From the NCBI GenBank assembly GCA_018238155.1, contig JABCTZ010000041.1, positions 32,001 to 96,000 of the forward strand: a DNA stretch of 64,000 nt. Reading direction: 5' to 3'. The translations under genes were made by a program, and so were the position numbers. Source of the DNA: Candidatus Heimdallarchaeota archaeon (lineage in GTDB: Archaea; Asgardarchaeota; Heimdallarchaeia; JABLTI01). Under the pieces are notes generated by a model. The model did no database searches, was not told the DNA's origin, and saw only the letters and a program-made list of their open reading frames with translations. Below are positions 40,465-50,792 of the stretch, piece by piece (position 1 is the stretch's first letter; every line of letters begins with the position of its first letter).

Positions 40465-41775
40465 TTAAACCACATTATAGCGATTGCTAAACATACATGA
40501 TTCACAAATGTGGTCTATAAAAAGAAAACCAGTAATATTATTTTCTCTTCCAAAAACTCCACAACTTGCACAAGTAGTGTACTGATCGTTGCATGCTACA
40601 GGTGTTTTACATAATTTACAACGAACGATTTCTTCCAAGCAATATGGACAATGGTTCTCTAAAGAACTGTATCCTGTTTTACAATAAAAACAAGAATATT
40701 CTGTTACTTTCGAATCGAAATTTGCATGAATAATACAGTCATTTATCGAGAATTCAGAGGTAGAAGATTTATCCGGGTCAGCAAAAAGATTTTGCAATAA
40801 TTCATGAATCGTTTCAATAGAACATTCGGCTTTATTTGCTACTTCTTCAATATTCAATTCTTGATTTGATGGAAATGAACACAATAAATCAAAAAGATAT
40901 TTCTTGTCTTCTTCTGACTTTATTCTTTTCTCGTATTCAGTTTTAAAGGATAATTTTTGAAATCTTTGAGTGCGAACAGAAGCAAATATTCCAATGAATA
41001 GAATAACAACACCAATTGTTGGAACGATAATAGATAAACTGTTAAATTTATTCAGATTATCAGGAACCAAAGGATCTTGACCATTACTTATTTCCCAAAT
41101 ATCAGAAAATCCATCACCATCTGTGTCTGATGAACATGGATTTGTCAAAAAAACGAGAATCTCATCTCCATCCATCAACCCATCATTGTCAGTATCTTTT
41201 AGGAGCATATTTGTATGATAAATATAACCTTCATCATAATCAGATAACCCATCTCCGTCAGAATCAGGGCTGTTTGGATTACTTCCATGAATGTAAACCT
41301 CAAAACCATCCACTATTCCATCTAAATCTGAATCAGAAGAAATTGGATTGGTATTGGTCTTATATATTTCCAGATAATCACAGATATAATCATAATCAGA
41401 ATCAACAACTCTTGGGTTTGTTTTAAAAACATGAACTTCTTCTCCATCCAGTAGATAGTCTCCGTCTGAATCTGCTACTTTTGGATTTGTTTTATAAAAA
41501 AACTCTTCTTCATTTGTTAATCCGTCATTATCCATGTCATTTTGATTATCTGTTTTTACTGAAACAAATTGGTTTAAATTTTTTTCTGGATAACGAGAGT
41601 CTATATCTGATTCAGAGGTAAATGTTTGAACTATTATCTGTGAATGTTGATGCTCCTCAGATAAAGCAATAGACATCATAAAGAATAATATAAATACAAA
41701 TAGTAATGAAGATTTTACTTTCTTACCAGCTAGACGTTCTTTGAATCTGGTTGGGGATTTTATTTTCAACTTCAT
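40465..41775 (-). CDS. Single-pass membrane protein: extracellular TSP3-like Ca-binding repeats, TM, helical domain, zinc ribbon and degenerate RING-like domain
   Basis: DxDxDGLxDxxE repeats, TM IIVPTIGVVILFIGIFASV, CFYC...CPYC, CKLC...CASC...CESC. Confidence 0.7.
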   Translation of the reverse strand: MKLKIKSPTRFKERLAGKKVKSSLLFVFILFFMMSIALSEEHQHSQIIVQTFTSESDIDSRYPEKNLNQFVSVKTDNQNDMDNDGLTNEEEFFYKTNPKVADSDGDYLLDGEEVHVFKTNPRVVDSDYDYICDYLEIYKTNTNPISSDSDLDGIVDGFEVYIHGSNPNSPDSDGDGLSDYDEGYIYHTNMLLKDTDNDGLMDGDEILVFLTNPCSSDTDGDGFSDIWEISNGQDPLVPDNLNKFNSLSIIVPTIGVVILFIGIFASVRTQRFQKLSFKTEYEKRIKSEEDKKYLFDLLCSFPSNQELNIEEVANKAECSIETIHELLQNLFADPDKSSTSEFSINDCIIHANFDSKVTEYSCFYCKTGYSSLENHCPYCLEEIVRCKLCKTPVACNDQYTTCASCGVFGRENNITGFLFIDHICESCMFSNRYNVV

Positions 41776-42159
41776 GCTCTTCAACTCTAGTGACTATCTC
41801 TTGCTGAAGATGCGCAATATACGCACATTTTTACTTGTTATTTCTTAGCTAAATGGTTCTCAACATACTGAGAGTGAGCTCTGAGAAATTCAGTTGTTAA
41901 TGTAAACTGTTTGGATTTAATATATTAAAGGTTTCTTCAAGTCTATTTTAAACCTAAATTATGGTAAAATAATTATTTGATAATTTTGTTGTAGTTTTAA
42001 GTGATTCATTACTTGTGTCACTTTAATTATAGGATATCCAAAGATTTTAAAATCAAAAGACAGCGTTGCTTTCATATACAAGGATAAATCGACCTTTTTA
42101 CTTAGTATGTAATGTTTACAAAACTAAAGTGAATCTAGATTTACCGATTAGATAAAAGC

Positions 42160-44571
42160 ATGGTGAAAGAAAATTTGGATAAATACTCTCGAGAAGTAAT
42201 GCTAGCATTAACATCAAAAGAATGCTCAAAAGCAGTATCAAAATATCTGCTTTCCTTTGATTTAGAAAATTGGAAAATATTCTCAGACAATTTCTATAAA
42301 ATGACTCCTTTCGAATCCGAAAGAATCCTAACTGAGATAGCAGCAAAAATGGATATACATATGATTTTAGATTTGTTATCCTTAGCTCACATAATTGGTC
42401 AATCTATTTCTTTATCAAACTCTCTCATCAAATCTTTCATTAGTACAAATACTAAATCTATAGATGAACAAATTCGTGCAAAAGTCAAATCACTATTAAA
42501 CTCTCCATTTGCAGAAGAACGAAGAACCGGTCTTTTAATGGCAGGTTATTTTGACATGGATGAATTTTTCCCTATCATTGAAAAAATGTCTAATTACGAT
42601 GTTTTATTTGAAGATGCTTATTTTGCCTTAGGATTATTTACCGATAGTAAAATAGTTGAACTTCTTAGTACTAAATTCATTTATTTGGGCAAAAATACGA
42701 TTCAAAGAAATGCTATAGCAAAAATTTTAGCTCGAAAAGGGAATCCATTAGCAGCTCTTTGGTTATTTAAAAATAAAGGACTTGACGAATCCACCATAAC
42801 TACTAAAACAATCTATCTTTCTCGAGATCTTGCTTGGAGTGGAATACTCCCTCATCTATTTTTGGACTCAGATGATGATTTTCTTCAACCTGTGGCTTTG
42901 AAAATGATTAATGGATTAGCATTTATTTTGCCATATGATATAGAAATAATCAAAGAAATAGAACTTCACTGTATGATCAAAAAATTAATTTCGATTCAGA
43001 AAGAAAAGCCAACAATAGAATTATTCAAAGCTTCTCTAGCAATTAAAATGGCTGTTGATGAAATTTATTTCAACATTGATCCTTTTGCAATCGATAAAGA
43101 AACTCGAAATGAAATTATTAAATCTTGGAATCTTTTAGAGAAATATCCTAATGAGAAATTAAAGATTTTTGCAGAGGAATTTATTCAAGATAATCTAAAT
43201 TTATCTTCACCTCATTTAAAAATAGCAATAAAATTGATTCGAACTTTCAATCTAAAAAATTATGAGGAAAAGCTCTTACAATTTTCTAAACAAAAAGCAA
43301 TCGAAACTGAAATTCTTTTTGAAATAATAACAACATTAGGTTATATTGGTACAGAAGTATCAGCTGAATATATCATTGAAAAAATAACTGAAATGATTGA
43401 TTTTGAAAAACGGACTCTGTTAACGGATCAAATGATACAATTTCATTCTGATATTGATTATTTTGATGATTTTGACAATGAACAATTGGTAATGAATGGT
43501 AAAACACTCGAAGAAGATATTATTGTATGGAATCAAAGAGATAATGAAGATATGTTCTACTGGAATGCTCTTTTCTCACTTGGTAAAATAAAATCTGAAA
43601 AAGCTCTTCCTATATTGCTAAATTCACTCAATGATTATGACCCAAAAATAAGACTGGAAGCAATTTCTGGTTTGAAAGCCATAAATTGTTTTAATCAAAT
43701 TATCGAAGAAAAATTAATCGTTAGTATGCTAAACGAACAATTTATGAGTGTTCAACGTAAAGCAATTCTCACCTTGGGTTCTCTTAATTCACAACAAGCG
43801 ATACCAATATTCCTAGGAATCATTTACAAAGCAATTGAAGAGGGAATACTAGAATTAGCAGATGCTATGGTTGAAAATTATGATACTAGATGGGATGAAA
43901 ATGAAACGAATACACATTCAGAGCATTCAAATATCGAAGAGCTGGGTGCTACTCAAAGAGTCCCACGAAAAATGGATACCTCTCAAGAAAAACTAGTTGA
44001 TGAAGATATTAATCGTTGGATCAAAAGATTTGGTGAAACATCACAAAATTCTCTTGAACTTCGAGAAGATTTCAATGATCAAGAGCTGGATTTAACTTTA
44101 GAGTCCGAAGTAATCGAAGAAAGCACTGTTTCTGAGTATGGTACTAATGATATTTCATTAAGTGAGGAAATGGGTGATAATGAAATGAAGGATGATGAAT
44201 GGCTTTCAGAACTCGGTGAACGCTTCAAAAAGTTAACAATTGTAGAGAGTGTATTAGAAGCGTTGAAAATTTCTAATGCAAAAGTCTCTACTGATGAAAT
44301 CAAAGAATTAATCGAACATCCAATAGATGAAGAATTGTATAAAGATGCACTAGTAATTCTTGCAAGAACAGGAGAATCCTTTGCTGTAAACGAATTATTA
44401 GGTCTGTTTGATATAACAGATTATAGTCGCTCAAGAGAAATTATCAATGCTTTATCGAATTGTGATACAACAAATTTAAAACGGTTTCAAAGAAAGGTAA
44501 ATGAATCTCCAGATTGGATATTAAAAAATACATTAAAGCAGATTATTAAATCAAAAAATAATGATAGTTAA
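42160..44571 (+). CDS. HEAT (PBS-lyase-like) repeat protein with acidic insertions
   Basis: NALFSLGKIKSEKALPILLNSLNDYDPKIRLEAISGL; RKAILTLGSLNSQQAIP. Confidence 0.75.
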   Translation: MVKENLDKYSREVMLALTSKECSKAVSKYLLSFDLENWKIFSDNFYKMTPFESERILTEIAAKMDIHMILDLLSLAHIIGQSISLSNSLIKSFISTNTKSIDEQIRAKVKSLLNSPFAEERRTGLLMAGYFDMDEFFPIIEKMSNYDVLFEDAYFALGLFTDSKIVELLSTKFIYLGKNTIQRNAIAKILARKGNPLAALWLFKNKGLDESTITTKTIYLSRDLAWSGILPHLFLDSDDDFLQPVALKMINGLAFILPYDIEIIKEIELHCMIKKLISIQKEKPTIELFKASLAIKMAVDEIYFNIDPFAIDKETRNEIIKSWNLLEKYPNEKLKIFAEEFIQDNLNLSSPHLKIAIKLIRTFNLKNYEEKLLQFSKQKAIETEILFEIITTLGYIGTEVSAEYIIEKITEMIDFEKRTLLTDQMIQFHSDIDYFDDFDNEQLVMNGKTLEEDIIVWNQRDNEDMFYWNALFSLGKIKSEKALPILLNSLNDYDPKIRLEAISGLKAINCFNQIIEEKLIVSMLNEQFMSVQRKAILTLGSLNSQQAIPIFLGIIYKAIEEGILELADAMVENYDTRWDENETNTHSEHSNIEELGATQRVPRKMDTSQEKLVDEDINRWIKRFGETSQNSLELREDFNDQELDLTLESEVIEESTVSEYGTNDISLSEEMGDNEMKDDEWLSELGERFKKLTIVESVLEALKISNAKVSTDEIKELIEHPIDEELYKDALVILARTGESFAVNELLGLFDITDYSRSREIINALSNCDTTNLKRFQRKVNESPDWILKNTLKQIIKSKNNDS

Positions 44572-44650
44572 TCAATTGCTATTTATAACTAATATATGAA
44601 TGAACTTTTATTTACAAATAATTTTATAGTAGATAGTATCATCTGATGTT

Positions 44651-45349
44651 GTGGTTAAATTGTCGGAAATAAGTGAACTAAATGATTTAAATTTACCAAT
44701 CTTTCGAAAAGTATGCATTCCAAAGAGAGTAACATGGGCTTATTTCACATATGCTCCATTAGTAGCTTTTATTTTAAATACGATATTGCTAGCAGGACAT
44801 GTGATTTTACTACCTTATTATCTACTCTCAATTTTATCTAAAGGAAAACCACCGAAATTTCTGTATGTATGGGTGTACATCAACTCTGCTTACCTGTATG
44901 GAGCAATTCATGAGAAGGATGAAGTATGGTTTGATTTCTGGTGTTTGTACTATATCTATATCGGCTATATTGTTGCCTTTATCGTTTGGATTCTAAACGT
45001 CGTTTCATTATTGTTGATTTTTCCAATTTTCTATTATATTGAAGAATGGAGATTGATGACCAATGTACAATATCGAATCACTTTCGGCAACTGGAAAAAA
45101 CTAGTGAATGAATGCCCTGAAATGAGATATAAGCGAGGAGTTCAAGATCAAGAACGAAAGGAAAAAAGAACTATCAAAGAAGAAATGAAAAAAGCTAAAA
45201 AACAGGGCAAATATCATGATGTCACTGTAGAAATTGTCAATGATGACATGAAAACAGATTCAAATAAAACTATGTGTCCAACTTGTGGAGAAGCAATTGA
45301 GACAAACACAGTATATTGTCAAAAATGCGGAAGTTATGTTAAAAACTAA
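44651..45349 (+). CDS. Membrane protein with C-terminal zinc ribbon
   Basis: Hydrophobic segments, charged linker, CPTCG...YCQKCG. Confidence 0.7.
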   Translation: MVKLSEISELNDLNLPIFRKVCIPKRVTWAYFTYAPLVAFILNTILLAGHVILLPYYLLSILSKGKPPKFLYVWVYINSAYLYGAIHEKDEVWFDFWCLYYIYIGYIVAFIVWILNVVSLLLIFPIFYYIEEWRLMTNVQYRITFGNWKKLVNECPEMRYKRGVQDQERKEKRTIKEEMKKAKKQGKYHDVTVEIVNDDMKTDSNKTMCPTCGEAIETNTVYCQKCGSYVKN

Positions 45350-45394
45350 GAAAATAAGATCAAGCAATTAATTAAGCGATCTTATTTATCTTTT

Positions 45395-45799
45395 TTATTT
45401 TTCTTTAAGCATTCTCTCAAGTAATTCTTGAACGTGTATTTTAATTGACTCTCTGGTTTTTCGATAAAATTCAATATCTGTATCCTTGGTGTCTTCTAAA
45501 GCCCAATTTTCAGATTTACTGACAACCCAAGCAGGACACATTTTTTCTGCACCACAACCCATTATAACAACCAAATCAGATTGTTTTGCATATTCAAAAT
45601 CAATTTCTTTTGGATAATGATTTGAAATATCAATTCCGACTTCCTCCATTGCTAATATGGCTTTCGAGCTAATCTTTAATGCAGGTTTCGTTCCACCACT
45701 TTTTACTTCAATTAAATCCTTACCCAATTGCTTTGCATAACCTTCAGCAATTTGGCTGCGACTCGAGTTACCAATACATAAAAAATAGATGCGTTTCAT
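45395..45799 (-). CDS. arsC: Thioredoxin-type arsenate reductase / LMW-PTPase family
   Basis: FLCIGNSSRSQIAEG, SGGTKPA, MGC...CP, WALED. Confidence 0.85.
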   Translation of the reverse strand: MKRIYFLCIGNSSRSQIAEGYAKQLGKDLIEVKSGGTKPALKISSKAILAMEEVGIDISNHYPKEIDFEYAKQSDLVVIMGCGAEKMCPAWVVSKSENWALEDTKDTDIEFYRKTRESIKIHVQELLERMLKEK

Positions 45800-45846
45800 T
45801 TTTATCTTACCTTTCTGTTATACTTATGTAAGTTAAATCTCTAGAT

Positions 45847-46455
45847 TCAGCTACGAACACCTCTTTGGGCTCCTTCAAGAAATTTCATTTTTTGAGCTTC
45901 TTTTGAATATTCATTTTCATCAAAACGCGAAAGCAACATTTTTCCCATTGCTTCAAAAGCTTCATTTATTCCTTCTCCAATATATGCTGAAGTTTCAAAA
46001 TAGGCATCAAAAGCCAGTTTTTCTTGAAAAGAAGTAATATCTTCACTCCAGATTTCTGCTGATTTGCGAAGATCTTTTTTTGTAGCAATTAAAAACATTG
46101 GTGCTCGGAAATCAAGATTGTCCTTTACAGATTCGTACCATTGCTCCAAATTATAAAAACTGTCTCGACGAGTAATATCAAAAGTAAGAAAAATGCCTTT
46201 AGCACCTCCAGCAAATGCTTTACGTAATTTTTCAAACTGATCTTGTCCACCGATATCAAAAAGTTGCAAAGTAACACTTATGTTGTTCACATAGAATCTT
46301 TTGATAAAAAAATCACATCCAACAGTTAAGTTGTAATCGGAAAAGAATTCTTGTGTTGTTATTTGTGTACACATACTGGTTTTCCCAACAGCACCATCCC
46401 CTACTACTAGAACTTTAAAGAATGCTTCTTTGATTGCGGCAGACATTTTTTTCAC
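45847..46455 (-). CDS. Rab-like small GTPase
   Basis: FKVLVVGDGAVGKTS, YNLTVGCDF, LQLFDIGGQDQF, TKKDL, FETSA. Confidence 0.95.
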   Translation of the reverse strand: MKKMSAAIKEAFFKVLVVGDGAVGKTSMCTQITTQEFFSDYNLTVGCDFFIKRFYVNNISVTLQLFDIGGQDQFEKLRKAFAGGAKGIFLTFDITRRDSFYNLEQWYESVKDNLDFRAPMFLIATKKDLRKSAEIWSEDITSFQEKLAFDAYFETSAYIGEGINEAFEAMGKMLLSRFDENEYSKEAQKMKFLEGAQRGVRS

Positions 46456-46563
46456 CTTGTATCATAAAATAGATGTTTCACAAATATTGAACTATAGATA
46501 ATAATTTTTGAAATGAATTGAGACATTTAAATTTTTGTTAATTTGTTAAAAACAGAGAATAAT

Positions 46564-47226
46564 TCATTTTTTGCCGAAAATTTTTCTGGGAATTATTTCG
46601 CTCGGGTTAGATAATTGAAAAACCGTTATTCTGTTCACAAAAGAATCTTTTTCAGCTTTTTCAAGAGCTTTTTGAAAATAACCATTTGCTTTTTGATTAT
46701 TACCCAATAACCTGTTTATTTCTCCTGCCAAATAGAAATATAATTCTTCCGGATTCTTCAAGAAATCTCTGTCCCTTAGAATTTCCTCAATAGATTCTAG
46801 AACGATTCGTCTAGTTTTTTTGAGATTTTTATCTTCAAGAAATCTATATGCATGACATGCTTGCATTTGAGTAAAGGATTTTTGTTCTTTGGTTAGATTT
46901 TTGGAATATTCGGAGATCAATAGATATCCATCCCCAGCATTAAATTCAGTAAAGGTCTTTTGAGTAAAATCCACCACATTTTTTAGCGCCACATTAAAAT
47001 TGACTAAATCTTCTTCTATAAAAGATTTATAATCGGCTGTAAAAGCAGAAAAACCACATTTTGGACAGATATTTATCAGTAGTAAAATGTGTTGTGGGGA
47101 ATCTGTACTAGCAATATACAAGTCACTATAACAGTGCCCAAATGTATTATAACTTCCAAGAATCTCGGATTGAAAGACCACAGAACAGTTTGGACAAGTG
47201 AATAATTCATCTAGTATTAATGGCAT
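46564..47226 (-). CDS. DUF2225-like Zn-binding protein with TPR
   Basis: CPNC...SDL...CPKCGFSA; YLAGEINRLLGNNQKANGYF. Confidence 0.8.
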   Translation of the reverse strand: MPLILDELFTCPNCSVVFQSEILGSYNTFGHCYSDLYIASTDSPQHILLLINICPKCGFSAFTADYKSFIEEDLVNFNVALKNVVDFTQKTFTEFNAGDGYLLISEYSKNLTKEQKSFTQMQACHAYRFLEDKNLKKTRRIVLESIEEILRDRDFLKNPEELYFYLAGEINRLLGNNQKANGYFQKALEKAEKDSFVNRITVFQLSNPSEIIPRKIFGKK

Positions 47227-47246
47227 TTAGTATCTCAACTCGCGTA

Positions 47247-48104
47247 TTAATTTGAGCTTGGCTTTTCTGTTAGTAAACGTTTGTCTTGAACGTCACCCTC
47301 ATAACTATGAGGTTGTCTTCGAACTTTATTATTTGATTTTTCAATTTCGCGAGCCTCATCTGCTAGCTTTGCGGCATTTCTCATCATTTCATGACCAGTA
47401 GCTACTTGAGCAATATAGTCTAATCGATCTTTAATTTTAAAACAACCTTCTGTGTTAATTGCTGCTACACGTTGAGCAATTATTAAGGCAGCTCTGGCTT
47501 TTGTTTCAGCATATGGGTTTGCAAAACCGGCTTTTTTTGATGCAATAGTTGGAGTAATTATGAATTGAGGGAGAATGATTTTCTTGTTCTTTTTTATCTG
47601 AGAAATAACCTTATCAATTTCTTGATATAAAATATTGAACACTCCACTAATTGCTAGAACTTTTAATAGATCAGCATTAAAAATTGCCATTTCAATAGGA
47701 TCAAGAAATTCTCTACGAGCACCAATCATAGCATCCGATTTAACAACAAAATATCCAATCCCTTTTTCTTTGAAAACCTCTATTGATTCTTTTTTCAGGA
47801 TGTCTGTTAAAACTATAACAGGTTTAGTACCACTTGCTGCTTGTAGAATTACTTCCATCGGATTTGCTAATGAAGCATTTGGAGTAGCAATTATCAATAA
47901 ATCCTTGTCAAGAGTAGTAGAGATACTAAATGCATCATTTATTGATTCTTTCTCCAGTTTTGCACCTGAGGAGATTGTACGAATGTCAATATCTAGTCTA
48001 TCTGCACGTTCATCTAACAGCATCTCCAATAAAACAGATGATGCGATATTGCCTAATTTCAATATGCCAATTTTTATTCTGTAAATTTTATCTTTTTTTG
48101 ACAA
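47247..48104 (-). CDS. mtd: F420-dependent methylene-tetrahydromethanopterin dehydrogenase
   Basis: KIGILKLGNI, LLDERADR, SSGAKL, DAMIGARREFLDPIEMAIFNAD, FANPYA, EGCF, HEMMR...AREIEK. Confidence 0.93.
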   Translation of the reverse strand: MSKKDKIYRIKIGILKLGNIASSVLLEMLLDERADRLDIDIRTISSGAKLEKESINDAFSISTTLDKDLLIIATPNASLANPMEVILQAASGTKPVIVLTDILKKESIEVFKEKGIGYFVVKSDAMIGARREFLDPIEMAIFNADLLKVLAISGVFNILYQEIDKVISQIKKNKKIILPQFIITPTIASKKAGFANPYAETKARAALIIAQRVAAINTEGCFKIKDRLDYIAQVATGHEMMRNAAKLADEAREIEKSNNKVRRQPHSYEGDVQDKRLLTEKPSSN

Positions 48105-48350
48105 GTTTTAATCCTTCTTCAATTTTTTAACTAGCCAGTGAAGATCATCATCTTTCAATCTAATCTTCGTTTACAATAAATACTAGTTACTCTTATATCT
48201 TAATTATAATTTGAAAAAGATAAATTTTGTTATAATAAAATTTTTGCTAAAGTTATGACTAGAAGAAAATAAAACAAAATCAAAAGACTTGTACAAAAAT
48301 CAGTTTATGATTTTTCATAACAAAAGAATTAGTTCAAACAAGTAGATTTA

Positions 48351-48364
48351 TTAGGTATACCTAA
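48351..48364. promoter_or_regulatory. Palindromic DtxR/MntR-type operator
   Basis: Perfect palindrome TTAGGTATACCTAA directly upstream of a DtxR-family gene; resembles TTAGGT..CCTAA boxes. Confidence 0.7.
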
Positions 48365-48366
48365 CA

Positions 48367-48834
48367 ATGATAGGTTTGATATTAGGTGGATTAATAATTT
48401 TGGATATGGCAACAGTAGACAATCTAACAATGACAGCAACAATAGAAGATTATCTAGAAAGCATTCTTGTTATTAGCGAAAAAAAAGGATTTGCTCCAGT
48501 AACTGAAATAGCTAATTTTTTAAAAGTGAGTAAAGCTAGCGTAACAGAAATGTTGTCAAAATTAAAAAAACATAAATTGGTTTTATATGAAAAATATGGA
48601 ACAATAACTCTCACAGAACAAGGAAAAAAAATAGCTGAAAAAGTTAAAGACAGGCACGAAATTTGGAAAACATTCCTAACATTAATTGGTGTCAAGTCTG
48701 AAATAGCTAATATTGACTGTTGTTTATTGGAACATAACCTTTCGAAAGAAACTATTTCAAATCTAAAAAAGTTCACCTTATTTCTCAAGGATAAAAAACA
48801 AAGTGATATTTTAAAACGATATGAAGAATTCTAA
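48367..48834 (+). CDS. DtxR/MntR family metal-dependent transcriptional regulator
   Basis: EDYLESI, EIANFLKVSKASVTEML, LTEQG...RHE, LEHNLS; true start is likely 48400-48430. Confidence 0.93.
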   Translation: MIGLILGGLIILDMATVDNLTMTATIEDYLESILVISEKKGFAPVTEIANFLKVSKASVTEMLSKLKKHKLVLYEKYGTITLTEQGKKIAEKVKDRHEIWKTFLTLIGVKSEIANIDCCLLEHNLSKETISNLKKFTLFLKDKKQSDILKRYEEF

Positions 48835-48857
48835 CAAAAATGATCAGCCCAAAAAAT

Positions 48858-49682
48858 CTAATTGAGATATTTTGATAGTAATTCAAAAGAATTGGCTATT
48901 TTTTCCCAATTGTCAAGCTCGAAAACCATAGTGATATCTGAATCTAAAGTTGAAATTTGATCACAAAACGATTCCCAATTAATCGTACCTTTACCAACTT
49001 CAAGATGAGTATCACACCATCCATCTATTGGCCCATGATTATCGTGAAGATGAATATGAACAACATGCTCTCTGAAACTGTTGAAGAATTCAGCAAAAGA
49101 ATATTTTGTAGTATGTGAATGACCTATATCCCAAGTAATCTTCAAATTGGAAGAATCAATGGCACTAATAATTTGTAACATTTTTTGAGGAGAAATTGCA
49201 TCCTCAGGTTGATTCATTGGCATAATAGGCATATTTTCTAAACCAAGAATTATTTTTCGTTCAGAAGCATATTTCGTTAGCTCTTCTATAGACTTGACAT
49301 TTCTTTCTTGAGTGATTTTCGGATAAGAAGCTCCAATTGCACCAAAAACACCAGGATGAAATGTGACAATTTTTGAACCAATATCTACAGCGAAATCAAT
49401 GCTCTTTTTAATTTGTACCAAAGACAAATTTCGCACACTTTCATTTATAGCTGCAATATTAATATCAGAAAAAACTGAATGAATTGTCAGTTTAATAGCA
49501 AGCTCTTCTGCTAATTCCTTTATCTCTACTCGAGTTATTTCATCAATATTATCTATGAAACAATATGGTGGTTCAGTTACTAATTCAACAACTTGTAAAC
49601 CCATTGCATGAGATTTTTTGATGAATTCAAGAATAGTAATGTTTTCAGTAAAGTTCAAGACAAATGATGCACCAATTTTCAC
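48858..49682 (-). CDS. Sugar phosphate isomerase/epimerase (xylose isomerase-like TIM barrel)
   Basis: IHSVFSDINIA, TFHPG, GLENMP, WDIGH, HIHLHDN, HLEVGKGTINW. Confidence 0.88.
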   Translation of the reverse strand: MKIGASFVLNFTENITILEFIKKSHAMGLQVVELVTEPPYCFIDNIDEITRVEIKELAEELAIKLTIHSVFSDINIAAINESVRNLSLVQIKKSIDFAVDIGSKIVTFHPGVFGAIGASYPKITQERNVKSIEELTKYASERKIILGLENMPIMPMNQPEDAISPQKMLQIISAIDSSNLKITWDIGHSHTTKYSFAEFFNSFREHVVHIHLHDNHGPIDGWCDTHLEVGKGTINWESFCDQISTLDSDITMVFELDNWEKIANSFELLSKYLN

Positions 49683-49785
49683 GAAAATACCTCACATATC
49701 ACGTCTATTTTCATAAATCATTTAATGATTACTATTAAAAAGTTACATTATCACTCCATATTAAATTCATTTGGTGATTTAAGGA

Positions 49786-50784
49786 TTGAATCAACTAAAC
49801 ATAAACAAAATTGAAACTTTTTTGTTAGAAAAATTCCAAACTGATAAAATAGAAAACATCAAAATTATGCCTAACCCAACAGTAAATCATCTTGTAACTT
49901 TTGAAGCTGATGAGAAAAAGTACATAATGAAAATCTTAACAAGAAAACCGGCAGCCGAACATGAATATTATAGATTGGAAAAAGAAGCAAATATATTGAA
50001 GCAGTTTAAGCTGCTTGAAGAATCTCAGAAATTTACTGCAAAAGAGCATCACAAAGTTCCTGTACCTGTGGTTATACATATCGAAAAGGATGAAAAGATA
50101 ATTGGAAATAAATTTTTCATTACTGAATTTGTTGATGGAGAACTCTTAGAAGATGTTTGGTCAGATCTTAATAGAGAAGGTAAAGAAAAAATTACCATTC
50201 AGTTAGCAGAAATCATACAATTAATACATTCAGTCAAATATGAAATGTTCGGTGACATTGAAGAATTTGACTGTCCAAGGAAATTTTACTCTTACAAAGG
50301 ATTGATTAAATCTAATATTAGAAAATATGCAAAAATAATTGGTCCGAAAAAACTTTTGAATATAAAATTATTAAATCAAGTAGTAAAATTTGTTGAAGAT
50401 AATAATGAAAAAATACTTCTAGATTTCAAACCAACATTGATTCATAACGATTTACATTTTGGAAACATTATAGTAAAACAAGAGGCAGAGGGATGGATAG
50501 TTAAAGCTATTTTAGATTTTGAATGGGCTACAGCAGGAAATCCAATTGAAGATCTTGTAAGTATAAAGGAACAATTTCCTTTTGATAAAGAATTAGAGAA
50601 TCTCTTTTTTAGTAAATACTCAAAAAACAAATTTGATAACATCAATGAATATAAACTTGAAGAAAGAATATTCACCATTCTAAAAGAAATATCAAGCATA
50701 GCTGTTGGTTGGATAAAATTTCATCCAACGAAAGAAAATTTGAGATATGCCAAGAAAAGAATAGAAAAAATGATTACTGATTAA
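49786..50784 (+). CDS. Aminoglycoside phosphotransferase/choline kinase family protein
   Basis: VPVP, LIHNDLHFGNI, ILDFE. Confidence 0.85.
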   Translation: MNQLNINKIETFLLEKFQTDKIENIKIMPNPTVNHLVTFEADEKKYIMKILTRKPAAEHEYYRLEKEANILKQFKLLEESQKFTAKEHHKVPVPVVIHIEKDEKIIGNKFFITEFVDGELLEDVWSDLNREGKEKITIQLAEIIQLIHSVKYEMFGDIEEFDCPRKFYSYKGLIKSNIRKYAKIIGPKKLLNIKLLNQVVKFVEDNNEKILLDFKPTLIHNDLHFGNIIVKQEAEGWIVKAILDFEWATAGNPIEDLVSIKEQFPFDKELENLFFSKYSKNKFDNINEYKLEERIFTILKEISSIAVGWIKFHPTKENLRYAKKRIEKMITD

Positions 50785-50792
50785 AATTGCTA

